From assembly GCA_965222375.1 (NCBI GenBank), contig CBDCTZ010000016.1, forward strand, positions 3,296,001 through 3,360,000: a stretch of DNA of 64,000 nt. Direction: 5' to 3'. Below the pieces are notes generated by a model, which made no database searches, was not told the origin of the DNA, and saw nothing but the letters and a program-made list of their open reading frames with translations. Position 1 is the first letter of the stretch. Every line of letters begins with the position of its first letter. This DNA comes from Polyangiaceae bacterium (GTDB lineage Bacteria; Myxococcota_A; Polyangia; Polyangiales; Polyangiaceae). Positions 46,142 through 56,261 of the stretch are shown here, piece by piece. The position numbers and the translations under genes are program-made.

Positions 46142-48637
46142 ATGCGCGCGTTGCGGTCCCTAGTGTGCTGTTTTGCGATTGCGGCGACGTCGCAGGTCGC
46201 TGCTGCCGCACCGAAGAAAGCACAGTCCGCCAAGAGCGCGCCAAAAAAGAGTGAGTCGAAAAAGGCGGAGCCAAAGAAGCGCCAGACCAAGAAGGGTGCC
46301 GCCGCCAAGAGCAGCTCCAAGAAGCGCGCGTCCGCCAAGACGGACTCGAAAAAGACCAAGGCGAGCAAGAGCGCTTCCAATAACGGTGCGGCCAAAGCCA
46401 GTCGCAGCACGAAGGCGCCGTCCAAAAGCAGCGGTGCACGCTCCAAGCAAAAGCGAGATGCCGACGACAAGCGCAGCAGCAAGGCGTCCAGAGCCCGGGA
46501 GATGCGCAAGAAGGCCGCGTCTTCGATGCTCGCCGACGAGCCCACGGCGAGAGTTGGGCCCGGCGCCGGTTCAGGGAGCCGCAGCGTTTCGAAGACCAAA
46601 CCCAAGACGAAGGCAAAACCCTCCGCCGCGGGCGAAACGCCCAAGAGCAAAGCTGCAGAACCGGGGCCTGCCAAAGAGGCCAAGAAGGACAAACCCAAGA
46701 GCCACCGCAAAGGCCGCCGTCCCAGGAAACCCAAGGCGACCTTGCCCAAAGGGGTCGAGCGCCCCACTCCGAACCCGACCGTTCGGCGTGCTATCGCTGG
46801 TGGCAAAACGCTGTCGGATCTCCGTGGCAAGCCGGCGGATCCCGAGCTGGAAGCACTGCGCGCCGCAGATCGGGTCTTGTTCCCCAAGCCGCTCTACGGC
46901 TTGCAGCCGGGTTGGGCCTGGAGCAGCGCCGTGCCGCAAGTGCCGAAAGGGCCCGAGGTCGTTGCATCCGGGTTGCCTGTCGCCGCGCGAATAGCCCCCA
47001 AAACCAGAAAGGGCGAGCAGATCGCGACGGCCAAGTGGCTACGCACCTTGACCATGCCGAACTTGCCCGTGCGCATGGAATCTCGGGTCGTGCGCTACTT
47101 GAAGTTCTATCGAGACAACAAGCGTGGTCGAACCATCGCGCGGATCTGGGCCAAGAAGAGTGGACGCTTCGCGCCGGCCCTCAAGGCCGAGCTCGCCAAG
47201 GCTGGCCTGCCGACGGATCTGGTCTGGCTCAGCTTGATTGAGAGCGGACACAATCCCAACATCCACTCCGTGGCCGGAGCTGCGGGCTTGTGGCAGTTCA
47301 TGCCCGATTCCGGCCGCATGTATGGCCTGGTCGTGGATCGCTGGGTCGACGAGCGTCTGGACCCGAAGCGCAGCACTGGGGCCGCTATCGCGTACCTATC
47401 CGATCTGTACCGCCGCTTCGGCAATTGGGAGCTGGCCATGGCCGGCTACAACATGGGCCACGGTGGCCTCAGCCGCGCGATCAAGAAGTTCAATACCAAC
47501 GACTACTGGGAGCTGTCGAAGCACGAGGCCGGGATCCCCTGGGAGACGACGCTGTACGTGCCGAAGATTTTCGCGATCGCCATCGTGATGAACAACAAGC
47601 GGGCCTTCGGTATCGCCGATGTGCGCCCGGCGGCGCCGGAGCGGTTCGAGTCCGTGCGCGTGCCCGCGGGTACGCCGATCAAGGAGGTTGCTCGCGCGGC
47701 TCGGGTGCCTGCCTCCACGATCCGCCAGCTCAATCCACAATTGCTCTCAGGCCGTGTGCCGCCGAAGAAGCCCGGGCAGTCGCACAAGGCGTTCTTTGTC
47801 CGAGTTCCCGCGGCAATGGCCGTCAGCGCGAGCCGCCGCCTAGCCAAGACTTCCGGGACGACGCTCAAGCCCTACATTGCGAAGCTGGGCGACACCCAGG
47901 ACTCGGTCGCTCAGACGACGGCGACGTCCACCACCCAACTCAAGCGCATCAACGGCTTGCGTTCCGGCGAAACTCTGGCGGCGGGGAGCGTGCTTTTGGT
48001 GCCCAATCGGCGCCGAGCTGCTGCAGTTCGGGCGCCCGAGGCCGTGGTCGTCCCGAACGTCAAGGTGCGCTATCCGGATCGCGAACGCGTGTTTCTACTC
48101 GTTCGCAAGGGCGATACCCTCGCGCAGATCGCTCGCGCGCTGGGCGTCAGCTCGTCGGAGCTCCAACGTTGGAACTCCCTGGACCCAACCGCACGCTTGC
48201 ATCGCGGAATGACGATTCAGGCTTGGGTCAAGAAGGGCAGCGCCGTCCAGGCTCGCGTCTTTCGGCCACACCAGACGAAGGTCTTGGTCGCTGGCACGCC
48301 CGAGTTCATCGAGCACTTCGAGGCCCGCCGAGGCAAGACCCGAATGGTCGTCAAGGCCCGTCGTGGCGAGACGCTGGCTCGGATCGGGAAGCGCTACGGT
48401 GTTAGCTCGGGCTGGATGGAGCGAATCAACCGTCGATCCCGGCGCGAGAAACTCAAAGCTGGCGACGAGGTAGTCGTGTACGTGCGCCAGAGCAAAGCGA
48501 TTGCCGCCTCCACGTCAGCAGAGTCTCGACGGCCTCAGCCGCTGCCGCCCGTGGCAGCGCCAGCGCCAGAAGGTTTGCCGGGATTGCCCCAGAGTCCGAG
48601 CGCGGCGTCTCCAGGCGCGAAGCCCGTCGACGGCTGA
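46142..48637 (+). CDS. MltD-like lytic transglycosylase with LysM repeats and Lys/Ser/Ala-rich N-terminal region
   Basis: IESG catalytic Glu, AGLWQFM, AGYNMG and ET..YVPK. LysM motifs GDT...A, KGDTL.QIA and RGETL.RIG. Confidence 0.9.
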   Translation: MRALRSLVCCFAIAATSQVAAAAPKKAQSAKSAPKKSESKKAEPKKRQTKKGAAAKSSSKKRASAKTDSKKTKASKSASNNGAAKASRSTKAPSKSSGARSKQKRDADDKRSSKASRAREMRKKAASSMLADEPTARVGPGAGSGSRSVSKTKPKTKAKPSAAGETPKSKAAEPGPAKEAKKDKPKSHRKGRRPRKPKATLPKGVERPTPNPTVRRAIAGGKTLSDLRGKPADPELEALRAADRVLFPKPLYGLQPGWAWSSAVPQVPKGPEVVASGLPVAARIAPKTRKGEQIATAKWLRTLTMPNLPVRMESRVVRYLKFYRDNKRGRTIARIWAKKSGRFAPALKAELAKAGLPTDLVWLSLIESGHNPNIHSVAGAAGLWQFMPDSGRMYGLVVDRWVDERLDPKRSTGAAIAYLSDLYRRFGNWELAMAGYNMGHGGLSRAIKKFNTNDYWELSKHEAGIPWETTLYVPKIFAIAIVMNNKRAFGIADVRPAAPERFESVRVPAGTPIKEVARAARVPASTIRQLNPQLLSGRVPPKKPGQSHKAFFVRVPAAMAVSASRRLAKTSGTTLKPYIAKLGDTQDSVAQTTATSTTQLKRINGLRSGETLAAGSVLLVPNRRRAAAVRAPEAVVVPNVKVRYPDRERVFLLVRKGDTLAQIARALGVSSSELQRWNSLDPTARLHRGMTIQAWVKKGSAVQARVFRPHQTKVLVAGTPEFIEHFEARRGKTRMVVKARRGETLARIGKRYGVSSGWMERINRRSRREKLKAGDEVVVYVRQSKAIAASTSAESRRPQPLPPVAAPAPEGLPGLPQSPSAASPGAKPVDG

Positions 48638-48666
48638 GAGGTGACTTCGAGGCGGCGCGCCTCGGC

Positions 48667-50328
48667 CTACTTCTTCTTTTTCTTCTTCTTGTCTTCGACC
48701 GGATCTGTCTTGTCGAGATCTTCGAAGGCCTCTTCAAAACCTTCGTCGTCGTTCTTGGCGTCAGCCGCTTTGGGCTTCGGGTCCTCTTTTGCCGGCTTTG
48801 CTTTTGGCTTTGGCGTGGGCGGAGCGGAGCCCGGTCGCGTGATCGGCTCCGCGGGCGAGTCGAACTGATACGCCAGGCCCATGCCGATCACATTGGCGCT
48901 GGCGGAATATGACCCGCCATTGATGTAGTTGGGGAACTGGGGCGGATTCGAGAGCACCGGATTGACCTGACGTACGCGCTGATCCTCCGGCTCGACCTTG
49001 ACGCTTGCGGTGAACACCCGCGCAAACACAGCGTCGAAGCGCCACTTGCCGATGTGCAGGCCACCTCCGATGCTGGCCACGACCTTGTCCAAGTCGATGG
49101 TCGCCGCGGACAGGTACTCGGTGGGGATGGCGCTGCGCTCGGCCATCAGCCCGCCGCGCAGTACCATGCGGTAGCTACCCGCTTCGAAGCCGAACTCGGT
49201 GCCGAGGCGTCCCGAGTAGCTGTCTTGGAATCCGCGGTCGATGGAGATCGGCGCCAGCTTGTACTCCCGAGGAAAGCCCGCGACGTTCACCAGGCTGACG
49301 TCGGGCTCAACGCGGATCTCGTCGTGCATGCTCCAAGTTTCGTAGCCGACGCCGGCCTCGATGCGCAGGGCGTCTGCAGGTCGGAACTCGATTCCACCGC
49401 GGATGATCCACGGCAGCTTGAACTTCACGGTGGCGCTATCCCCGTCGACGCTCGCGTTGTCGAAGACCGCGGCGCTGGCCAGCCGGACGTCTTGAGTCGC
49501 GTGGGAGTTGACGAAGAAGGGCAGGTGAACCGAGGCGCCGATGCGCACCGCGTCACTCGGTTTGAAGATGGCGCCCAAAATCCCGGATGGTGCGAAGATC
49601 GGCCCCACCCGCAGCTGGGCGGCGGTGTCGTATTCCGGCTGCTCCGGAGCGCACAAGAAGCGCTCCGGCACGCAAGCGCTGAAGTAGACGCTGGTCTGGA
49701 AGTAGCCGGTGAGCATTTCTACACCCGCACCGAAGGCAAATTCCTCGCTTGCGCGATACGAGGCGTACACGCCCGGAATGGCCAAGGCGGACCCGTCCAA
49801 GGAGATGATTGAGTAGCGTTGAGGGGCCGGCTGCCCTTTCACCTCTTCTGGGAAGCTGGTGATGGCGGAGTAGGGCGCCCACAAGGCCAGAGCGAAGTTG
49901 AAGTCTTCGCTGCCCAAGGGGTCTGCATAGGCGATGGTCGGGATCGGCAGCACCGGAGTGGTGCCTTCGACGGGCGCAAACGTTTGCCTCCATTGTTGAC
50001 CCGTTGGTTGCCCCGTATTCGGGTCCACCTGGCGTACGATGGTTTCGCGCTGGTACGTGGCGGTGTACTGCAACCAGGATGCGTCGAAGAGAAACTGGTT
50101 GCCCGTGAACGCGAGCCCGGCGGGGTTGTACGCAACGCTGCCAGCGTCGTCGGCCCCGGCAATGAACGCACCGCCCCGCCCCAGAGGTCGCACGCCGCGA
50201 TCCGTGAAATAGAGCCCACCCGCGTGGGCGGCCGTACTGACCAGGAGCAGGGGTGCGCACAACCCGGTGGCAAGCCAGGTCTTGGGTTTGCGGCGCGTCG
50301 TTTCCAAAAGGCGGGAGCGCTTCAGCAT
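48667..50328 (-). CDS. OmpP1/FadL/TodX family outer-membrane transport protein
   Basis: Signal peptide then GG......G.R.LGRGGAF.A.ADD......YNPAGL hatch motif. Barrel ends at ...LAYQF. Confidence 0.85.
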   Translation of the reverse strand: MLKRSRLLETTRRKPKTWLATGLCAPLLLVSTAAHAGGLYFTDRGVRPLGRGGAFIAGADDAGSVAYNPAGLAFTGNQFLFDASWLQYTATYQRETIVRQVDPNTGQPTGQQWRQTFAPVEGTTPVLPIPTIAYADPLGSEDFNFALALWAPYSAITSFPEEVKGQPAPQRYSIISLDGSALAIPGVYASYRASEEFAFGAGVEMLTGYFQTSVYFSACVPERFLCAPEQPEYDTAAQLRVGPIFAPSGILGAIFKPSDAVRIGASVHLPFFVNSHATQDVRLASAAVFDNASVDGDSATVKFKLPWIIRGGIEFRPADALRIEAGVGYETWSMHDEIRVEPDVSLVNVAGFPREYKLAPISIDRGFQDSYSGRLGTEFGFEAGSYRMVLRGGLMAERSAIPTEYLSAATIDLDKVVASIGGGLHIGKWRFDAVFARVFTASVKVEPEDQRVRQVNPVLSNPPQFPNYINGGSYSASANVIGMGLAYQFDSPAEPITRPGSAPPTPKPKAKPAKEDPKPKAADAKNDDEGFEEAFEDLDKTDPVEDKKKKKKK

Positions 50329-50385
50329 CGTTTGGCGGGGAGCGAGGGAGGAGAGGGAGCGGTGGATTGAGGCCAGGGCGGCGTT

Positions 50386-53300
50386 TCAGCTGCCGTCCCG
50401 ATGGCGCATGATTTCGTACAGCTGCTCCATACCCCGCGTGGGGCTGGCCATGAAATCCCGAAGGGTTCCAAAGACGGCCTGCATGTCCTCGGGGCTCAGG
50501 GGCTCTTGTCGGGCCGCGTCCGCATCCATGCGGTTCACCTCGGCGATCGTGTCCATGAAGATCTCGATGGGCGTCAGGCTCTCAGCATTGTTCGGATCCA
50601 TGGGCGTAACCAGATTTCGCAGAATGCGATCCATGATCCGATACGGGTCATAGCGATTCGGCTTCACGCCGCCATTGCCATCGGGCTCTTCTCGAGTGAT
50701 GGCATCCATCAGCTCCAGCACCCGATCGGCAGTGCCTGGACCCGTGGAGCCCTCCTCGGGTGCCGCCGCCAGGGCGATACCGTTGTAGATCAGCGGCATG
50801 TTCAGATCGTCTTTCAGGATCTGCATCATGTCGCTGGCGCTGGTGAGCGTGCTGTGCAGCGCGTCGTTGCCGCTGGCCTGCTGCATCAAGTAGCGCAGGT
50901 GGCGCTGCAGCGCGGCGCGAGTCTCGGGATCCTCGTTGATGCGATCGACCAGATGCATGCTGGTCGAGAACATCGGATCCCCGAAGGTCTCCGCGGCCTT
51001 GGCGGCCATCGTCTTGGTTGCCCACTCGCACGCCACCGGGTTGGTCTCCCGATCCGGGCAGTTGGCGTTCAGCTGTGCTCGCAACACGTCCACCAGGATC
51101 GGTACGGCTTTGACGAAAGCCTTGTTGCGGAACTGCGCATTGGGCCCGTCGCCGTCCACGGCCAAGAACTGATCAACCAGCTTCGAGCGTGCCGCCTTCC
51201 AGCGCACGTAGCGCGGCGAGCCGGGCTCCAAGGTCTTGTCGATGCTAGCCAGGGCGTTGGCGAAGAGATCGTAGTTGGTCAGCTGGGGCTTGTTGATGAT
51301 GCCGTTGGACCAGGTCGTCGCCGGATTGCCAGCGCGATCCTTCATGCCGACGCTGGCCGCATAGTCCGGGTCGAACATGGCCGTGGTCAACTCGGCCATG
51401 ATGTCCAAGCCCTTCATGCTCTGCTGGGTACGGTCGTTCGTCACCGTCATGCCCTCGATGAGCTTCACCAAGTCACCCAACGCCGGCAACAGATCGGACG
51501 CGAAGATTTCCGCCAGCATCGGTTCGTACGCGGATATGCCGCTGCCGTTGCACCAGCGCGGGTTGTAGTTGGGATTGATCTTGTGGGCGGAGCGGTCGGC
51601 CTCGCTCAGGTACTTGAGCCAGGGCTTGTCGCCGAAGTTGCCGTTGTCGTTGCACTCCCCGCCGTGTTTGGGGCCCGCCCAATGTCGATACAGCACCTCG
51701 ATATTGTCGAGGAAGAGCTGGGAAGACTTGTTCAGGTCGAACACCGCGAGGAGCGGCTTCATGCCCTTGTAGAAATCGTACTTCTCCCAAGCAAAGATGG
51801 TGCCCTTGGCGCGCAAGCGGTAGAGTTCGCTCGGGTTGCCTGGTTCGCCATTGTGCGCCCACTTCACGTTGGGGCTGCAATCCGCGAGATGGATGTCGCC
51901 GAGTTGGTTCAAGGGATCCTTGACGACACGCTCGGGGCACGTGGCGGAGGAGACCGGGTCGATCATGCGTGAGATGAACTTGTTGGTATCGTCGTTCTTG
52001 CCCGTGAAGTTCGGGTCCCGATCCGGCATCTTCCCGCTGAAAAAAGGGTCGAATTTTGGACTCTCGGCGCCAAAGAATACGAGGCGGTTCAGCGCTTGAG
52101 GCGAGGGCTTGAGGCCCATGCCGACAATGCCGGCGGAATCCGCGAGCATCTTGTTCGGGTCAGTAAATACTTTGGCAGCGGCCATTATGTCGTTCAGAAA
52201 ATCCGAACGGATCTCCATGTTCGCTTTGCCCAGGATCGAGTTGAGATAGAAGATGCCCATGTTCTTGAACACGAACAGCTCGCACTCCTTGTAGCCGCCG
52301 CCAATCGGCCAACTGAGCGCTCCTACGGGCAGCTTGATCCGCACTTGCGCTCCTTCTTTGTTGCATGCATTCACGTCGTTCACGTCATGGATGATCTGCA
52401 AGATGCGATGCATTTGGCTGCGGTTCGGTCCGGTTTCGGGTTGCGTGTAGTCCGGTGCAACACTCGGATCGCCGTTACCACCCGTAGTAAGGTTGATGGG
52501 CAATCCGTTGATGTTGTTGGTGTCGTAGTGGAGCTCGTCTTTGAACGCGTTGAATTTGGAGTAGGACGGCCCGATGTAAGCTTTGACATCTGGGTGATAG
52601 AGTGCCTGAAGCAGCTCTTTGAGCAGTTTCGAGTTCTTGCTGATCTGGGAGATGAGCTCCGCCATCTCGTCCCAGACCGTGACCCCCGGGTCGAGGCCGA
52701 CGTCCGGGTACTTGTCCGCAATGGCTTTTGCATTCAGGGCCGCGCCCAACACCCGCGCGACCGCCTGCTCTCGCACCGGATCCGTCACCAGTTCTTTCAA
52801 GAACTTCAGATGCAAGTCGCTGTTCTTGTGCGCCAGGGTCCACCCCGTGGCGTGGATCAGATCTGCCATCGGCGAGGCGTTGGTATCGAAGCTGTCGTAC
52901 TGGCCGTCTACGCCCCAATCCGCCGGCTTCTTGACCGCAGCGCCGTAGAGCACGAAAGCGCCGCTGAGCAGATCCGCCATGGCCTCGGAGCCCCCGTCCA
53001 CGTCCATCAGCGGCTCCATGTCGCGCAACATGGCAGCGGTGTAGGTCTGGCTCGTATCCAGGTAGCTGTACAGCGGCTGTCCGCCTGGGCCGAGGGCGCG
53101 CCCAAAGGGATCCGGTGGGAACTGGCGCGCCAGCCCCGGTACCACGAAGGGCGTGTCCACGGGTGCGAGCGCTCCGGGACCACCCAGGAAGCGGCCGAAG
53201 GCGTCCACGTCGGCGAAACCGTCGTTGTCACCATCCGAGAACGGGCCCGGCACGGTGCCGAGAGTTCCGGGGATACTGCCCGCCGGGATCGCGTAGCCTC

Positions 53301-54264
53301 GCACGTCGCGCGCGACCAGATAGCGCGGCTGGGCGGCAGGCCCCGCAAAGGCAGGATCCGAAGCCAACATGATGGCTTGGGCGATCTCCATGTTGGTGCG
53401 CGGCCGGTCCGGCTTGGCCGGGTCAAACTTCCCCGGGAACACCAGGGGCTGTTGCACGCTGGTATCGAGCTCGTTTTGAGCCATTCCCAGCACGTTTTGG
53501 AAGGCTTCGCGCATCGGCCCGCCGGGCGCCAGGCGCGGGGCGAAGGCCTGGGTCAACTGTCGCAGCTCGGGATAGGCCAGGGAGGGACGCAATGCGCCCA
53601 GGGCAACCCGAGACGGCCGATAGCCCAGTCGCCCGGAGAGGCGCGAAAGAGCTTCCCGCGCCGCCAATGCCTTGTTGGGGTCGATGCCACTGGTGATCTT
53701 GTCACGGCCGGGCCCCGCTAGGCCTGCGAACAGCCGCCCTGTTGCCCGGGTCACGCTGGGCAACAGCGCTTCCCGTGCTCCCGAGCCCTCTCGATCGATG
53801 GGGTTCGAATCGTAGAGCGGCACGACCCGCTTGAGAAACTCGTCCAACGCCACGTGTCCGCGAATGGTTCCACCCGTAGGCGCGGGAACCGGATCGTCAC
53901 TGAAGGTGGCGTTGAACGCAGCAACCAGGTCGGCTCGGCGACGCGCCACGGCATGCACCTTGGAGACCGCCAAGCGCCTGGCCAAGGCGGCGGCGCCCAC
54001 GGCTGGAGGCAACACGCTTTCGTCGACCGTGTCTGCGTAGTTGCCCGCCGCGTCCCGATGGCACACCGCATGGTAGCTCGCGCCGCGCAGATCTTCCGTG
54101 AGCACGCTCGCGCCAACGCGATCGCAGACCGCTGAATACAAGTCGTCACCCAAGCTCGCGACGGGTTCGGTGCGTTTGCGTTTGTCATCGAAGTCCGTGG
54201 CGCAGGACACGCTCAGCCCGAGGGCAACGCTCGAGAGCAAGACTGACTTGAGGCGATAGGACAT
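50386..54264 (-). CDS. Large (~1290 aa) uncharacterised lipoprotein
   Basis: MSYRLKSVLLSSVALGLSVSC lipobox, long GC3-biased ORF and a DGDNDGFADVD Ca-binding-like motif. Confidence 0.8.
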   Translation of the reverse strand: MSYRLKSVLLSSVALGLSVSCATDFDDKRKRTEPVASLGDDLYSAVCDRVGASVLTEDLRGASYHAVCHRDAAGNYADTVDESVLPPAVGAAALARRLAVSKVHAVARRRADLVAAFNATFSDDPVPAPTGGTIRGHVALDEFLKRVVPLYDSNPIDREGSGAREALLPSVTRATGRLFAGLAGPGRDKITSGIDPNKALAAREALSRLSGRLGYRPSRVALGALRPSLAYPELRQLTQAFAPRLAPGGPMREAFQNVLGMAQNELDTSVQQPLVFPGKFDPAKPDRPRTNMEIAQAIMLASDPAFAGPAAQPRYLVARDVRGYAIPAGSIPGTLGTVPGPFSDGDNDGFADVDAFGRFLGGPGALAPVDTPFVVPGLARQFPPDPFGRALGPGGQPLYSYLDTSQTYTAAMLRDMEPLMDVDGGSEAMADLLSGAFVLYGAAVKKPADWGVDGQYDSFDTNASPMADLIHATGWTLAHKNSDLHLKFLKELVTDPVREQAVARVLGAALNAKAIADKYPDVGLDPGVTVWDEMAELISQISKNSKLLKELLQALYHPDVKAYIGPSYSKFNAFKDELHYDTNNINGLPINLTTGGNGDPSVAPDYTQPETGPNRSQMHRILQIIHDVNDVNACNKEGAQVRIKLPVGALSWPIGGGYKECELFVFKNMGIFYLNSILGKANMEIRSDFLNDIMAAAKVFTDPNKMLADSAGIVGMGLKPSPQALNRLVFFGAESPKFDPFFSGKMPDRDPNFTGKNDDTNKFISRMIDPVSSATCPERVVKDPLNQLGDIHLADCSPNVKWAHNGEPGNPSELYRLRAKGTIFAWEKYDFYKGMKPLLAVFDLNKSSQLFLDNIEVLYRHWAGPKHGGECNDNGNFGDKPWLKYLSEADRSAHKINPNYNPRWCNGSGISAYEPMLAEIFASDLLPALGDLVKLIEGMTVTNDRTQQSMKGLDIMAELTTAMFDPDYAASVGMKDRAGNPATTWSNGIINKPQLTNYDLFANALASIDKTLEPGSPRYVRWKAARSKLVDQFLAVDGDGPNAQFRNKAFVKAVPILVDVLRAQLNANCPDRETNPVACEWATKTMAAKAAETFGDPMFSTSMHLVDRINEDPETRAALQRHLRYLMQQASGNDALHSTLTSASDMMQILKDDLNMPLIYNGIALAAAPEEGSTGPGTADRVLELMDAITREEPDGNGGVKPNRYDPYRIMDRILRNLVTPMDPNNAESLTPIEIFMDTIAEVNRMDADAARQEPLSPEDMQAVFGTLRDFMASPTRGMEQLYEIMRHRDGS

Positions 54265-54380
54265 GAGACCCCAAGCATATCGCCCTCTGGAGTCCCGGGG
54301 GATCGTAACGCGGCGCGTCATGGGCAAATTGCGGCACAGAAGCGTGCAGTGCGCTCTGGGCCGTGCGAAAAGTCGCCGAC

Positions 54381-55769
54381 ATGACCACCCTTTCCGCCAT
54401 CGTGCTCGCCGCGGGCGAGGGCAAGCGCATGAAGAGCGCCACCAACAAGGTGCTCCATCGCGCTGCCGGTCGGCCCTTGATCTACTACCCCGTGCGCGCT
54501 GCGCTGTCCGCGGGCGCAGCCTACGTGGTCGTCGTGCTCTCGGAGGGCAACCGCGACGCCGTGTATGCGGAGCTTGGACGCTGGTTCGGTCACGACCACA
54601 TTCGGATTGGCATTCAAGCAAAGCCTTCCGGCACCGGAGACGCGACTCGCGTCGGGCTCGAACACGTCGATACGGAACGTACCCTCGTTCTGTGCGGTGA
54701 CACGCCGCTCTTGAAGGCACCGCACCTCGAGCGCCTTGCCGCAGATCTCGCGCATGCCGATCTCGTCGTGACGAGTGCGATCTTGGATGAGCCAGCGGGC
54801 TATGGCCGAGTGCTGCGGGACGACGCAGGCAAGGTGCTCGAAATTCGCGAGCACCGAGACCTAGACAGTGACGCTCAGCGGGCAGTTCACGAGATCAACG
54901 CCGGCGTGTATGCAGCGCGCACCTCGTTCCTCGAGCAAGCTCTGTCGCAGATATCGAGCGACAATGCCCAGGGCGAGCTGTATCTCACGGATACCGTGGC
55001 GCTTGCGGCCAAAGCCGGCCGAGCTGGCGTCGTCATCGGCGCTGCCGACGAAATGCTCGGCGTCAACGACCGCGCGCAGTTGGCGCAAGCCGAGGTGGAA
55101 CTATACGCAGAAAACGCTCGGGAACTCGCGCGTCAGGGCGCGAGCGTTGCCATCGGTAGCCTGGTGGACACGGGCGTGGTCGTGGAGCCGGACGTCACGG
55201 TGCGCCCCGGGGCGGCAATTCGGGGCAGAAGCATCGTTCGGGCTGGGGCCAGCGTAGACATTGGCTGCGTCATCACCGACTCGGAGATTGGCGAAGGCGC
55301 CAACATCAAGCCCAACTGCGTGATCACCGAGAGCCAGGTGGGCGCCGCCGCGCAGATCGGCCCCTTCGCCCACCTGCGACCCGGCAGCGTGATCGAAGCC
55401 GAGGCCCACATTGGCAACTTCGTCGAGACCAAGAAGACCATCGTGCGCCGCGGCGCGAAGGCCAACCACTTGGCCTACCTTGGTGATGGCGACATCGGCG
55501 AAAAAGCGAACGTCGGTGCCGGCACCATCTTCTGCAACTACGACGGATTCCAAAAACACAAGACCACGATTGGCGCTGGCGCGTTCATTGGCAGCGACAG
55601 CCAGATCGTTGCGCCTGTCACCATCGGCGCTGGCGCCTACGTGGCTACGGGCACGACGGTCACCAAAGACGTGCCCGCTGATGCGCTGGCCATTGGTCGC
55701 ACCAAGCAAGAGAACAAAGAGGGCTACGCCAGTCGCCTCAAAGCGCGGCTTCAGAAGGCGAAGAAGTAG
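54381..55769 (+). CDS. glmU: Bifunctional UDP-GlcNAc pyrophosphorylase / glucosamine-1-phosphate acetyltransferase
   Basis: LAAGEGKRMKS...KVLH, GTGDA, GYGR, EINAG, GE.YLTD, GNFVETK and NYDG. Confidence 0.97.
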   Translation: MTTLSAIVLAAGEGKRMKSATNKVLHRAAGRPLIYYPVRAALSAGAAYVVVVLSEGNRDAVYAELGRWFGHDHIRIGIQAKPSGTGDATRVGLEHVDTERTLVLCGDTPLLKAPHLERLAADLAHADLVVTSAILDEPAGYGRVLRDDAGKVLEIREHRDLDSDAQRAVHEINAGVYAARTSFLEQALSQISSDNAQGELYLTDTVALAAKAGRAGVVIGAADEMLGVNDRAQLAQAEVELYAENARELARQGASVAIGSLVDTGVVVEPDVTVRPGAAIRGRSIVRAGASVDIGCVITDSEIGEGANIKPNCVITESQVGAAAQIGPFAHLRPGSVIEAEAHIGNFVETKKTIVRRGAKANHLAYLGDGDIGEKANVGAGTIFCNYDGFQKHKTTIGAGAFIGSDSQIVAPVTIGAGAYVATGTTVTKDVPADALAIGRTKQENKEGYASRLKARLQKAKK

Positions 55770-55902
55770 GCATTCGCCGGACCCCTAGATCGAGTTGGCT
55801 TTTGGGGTCGCGGGCGTTGGGCCGCGTTGGGGCACTACTCTCGCTTTTTGGCGGGCGGGGCCGAGTCCTCGCTGTGCCTGGTGCGACTGCATTTTTGGGG
55901 GG

Positions 55903-56128
55903 AACGGCTGGTGGTGACGGGGACGGTTGCGAGGACGAAGGCGGGGACGGGTACGAACACGGCGACGAGCACGGCCACGGGGACGGTTACGAAGACGGGG
56001 ACGGTTGCGAAGACGGCTGGCGGTCATGGGGACGGCCGGCGGTGACGGGGACGGCTACGAAGACGGTTACGAGGACGAGGACGGTTACGAAGACGGCTGG
56101 CGGGGACAGGGACGGTTACGAAGACGAG
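55903..56128. repeat. Degenerate hexamer tandem array (consensus NACGRN, e.g. GACGGG GACGGT TACGAA GACGAG)
   Basis: More than 30 six-base units with occasional 7-nt phase slips. A higher-order unit ACGGCTGGCGGTGACGGGGACGGTTACGAAGACG recurs. Confidence 0.85.
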
Positions 56129-56227
56129 GGCGATCTTGTGACGTCGATGGGCAACCCCGTGCCAGCTTCGCTGGCACTTGCGGGTTGCGTTCGTGATTTG
56201 CAGGGGACGCGGCACAGTACGTCGGAT

Positions 56228-56261
56228 TCGAAACCTCCTCCTGGGGTGAAGGAGGTTTCGA
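56228..56261 (+). promoter_or_regulatory. Shine-Dalgarno-sequestering hairpin
   Basis: TCGAAACCTCCT (56228-56239) is the perfect reverse complement of AGGAGGTTTCGA (56250-56261), which contains the SD and the A of ATG. Confidence 0.75.

Noticed and set aside
50401..53721. Long antisense ORFs (50401-51972, 52096-53721, also 30613-32172, 9136-10233 and similar)
   Set aside because: Shadow ORFs expected from high-GC codon bias on or opposite real genes. No recognisable motifs.
54264..54720. N-terminal extension of the 1444-aa ORF
   Set aside because: It overlaps glmU on the opposite strand. The lipoprotein signal at ATG 54264 marks the likely true start.
55770..55900. attTn7-type insertion site
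   Set aside because: attTn7 follows glmS, not glmU. No glmS or tns genes are present.
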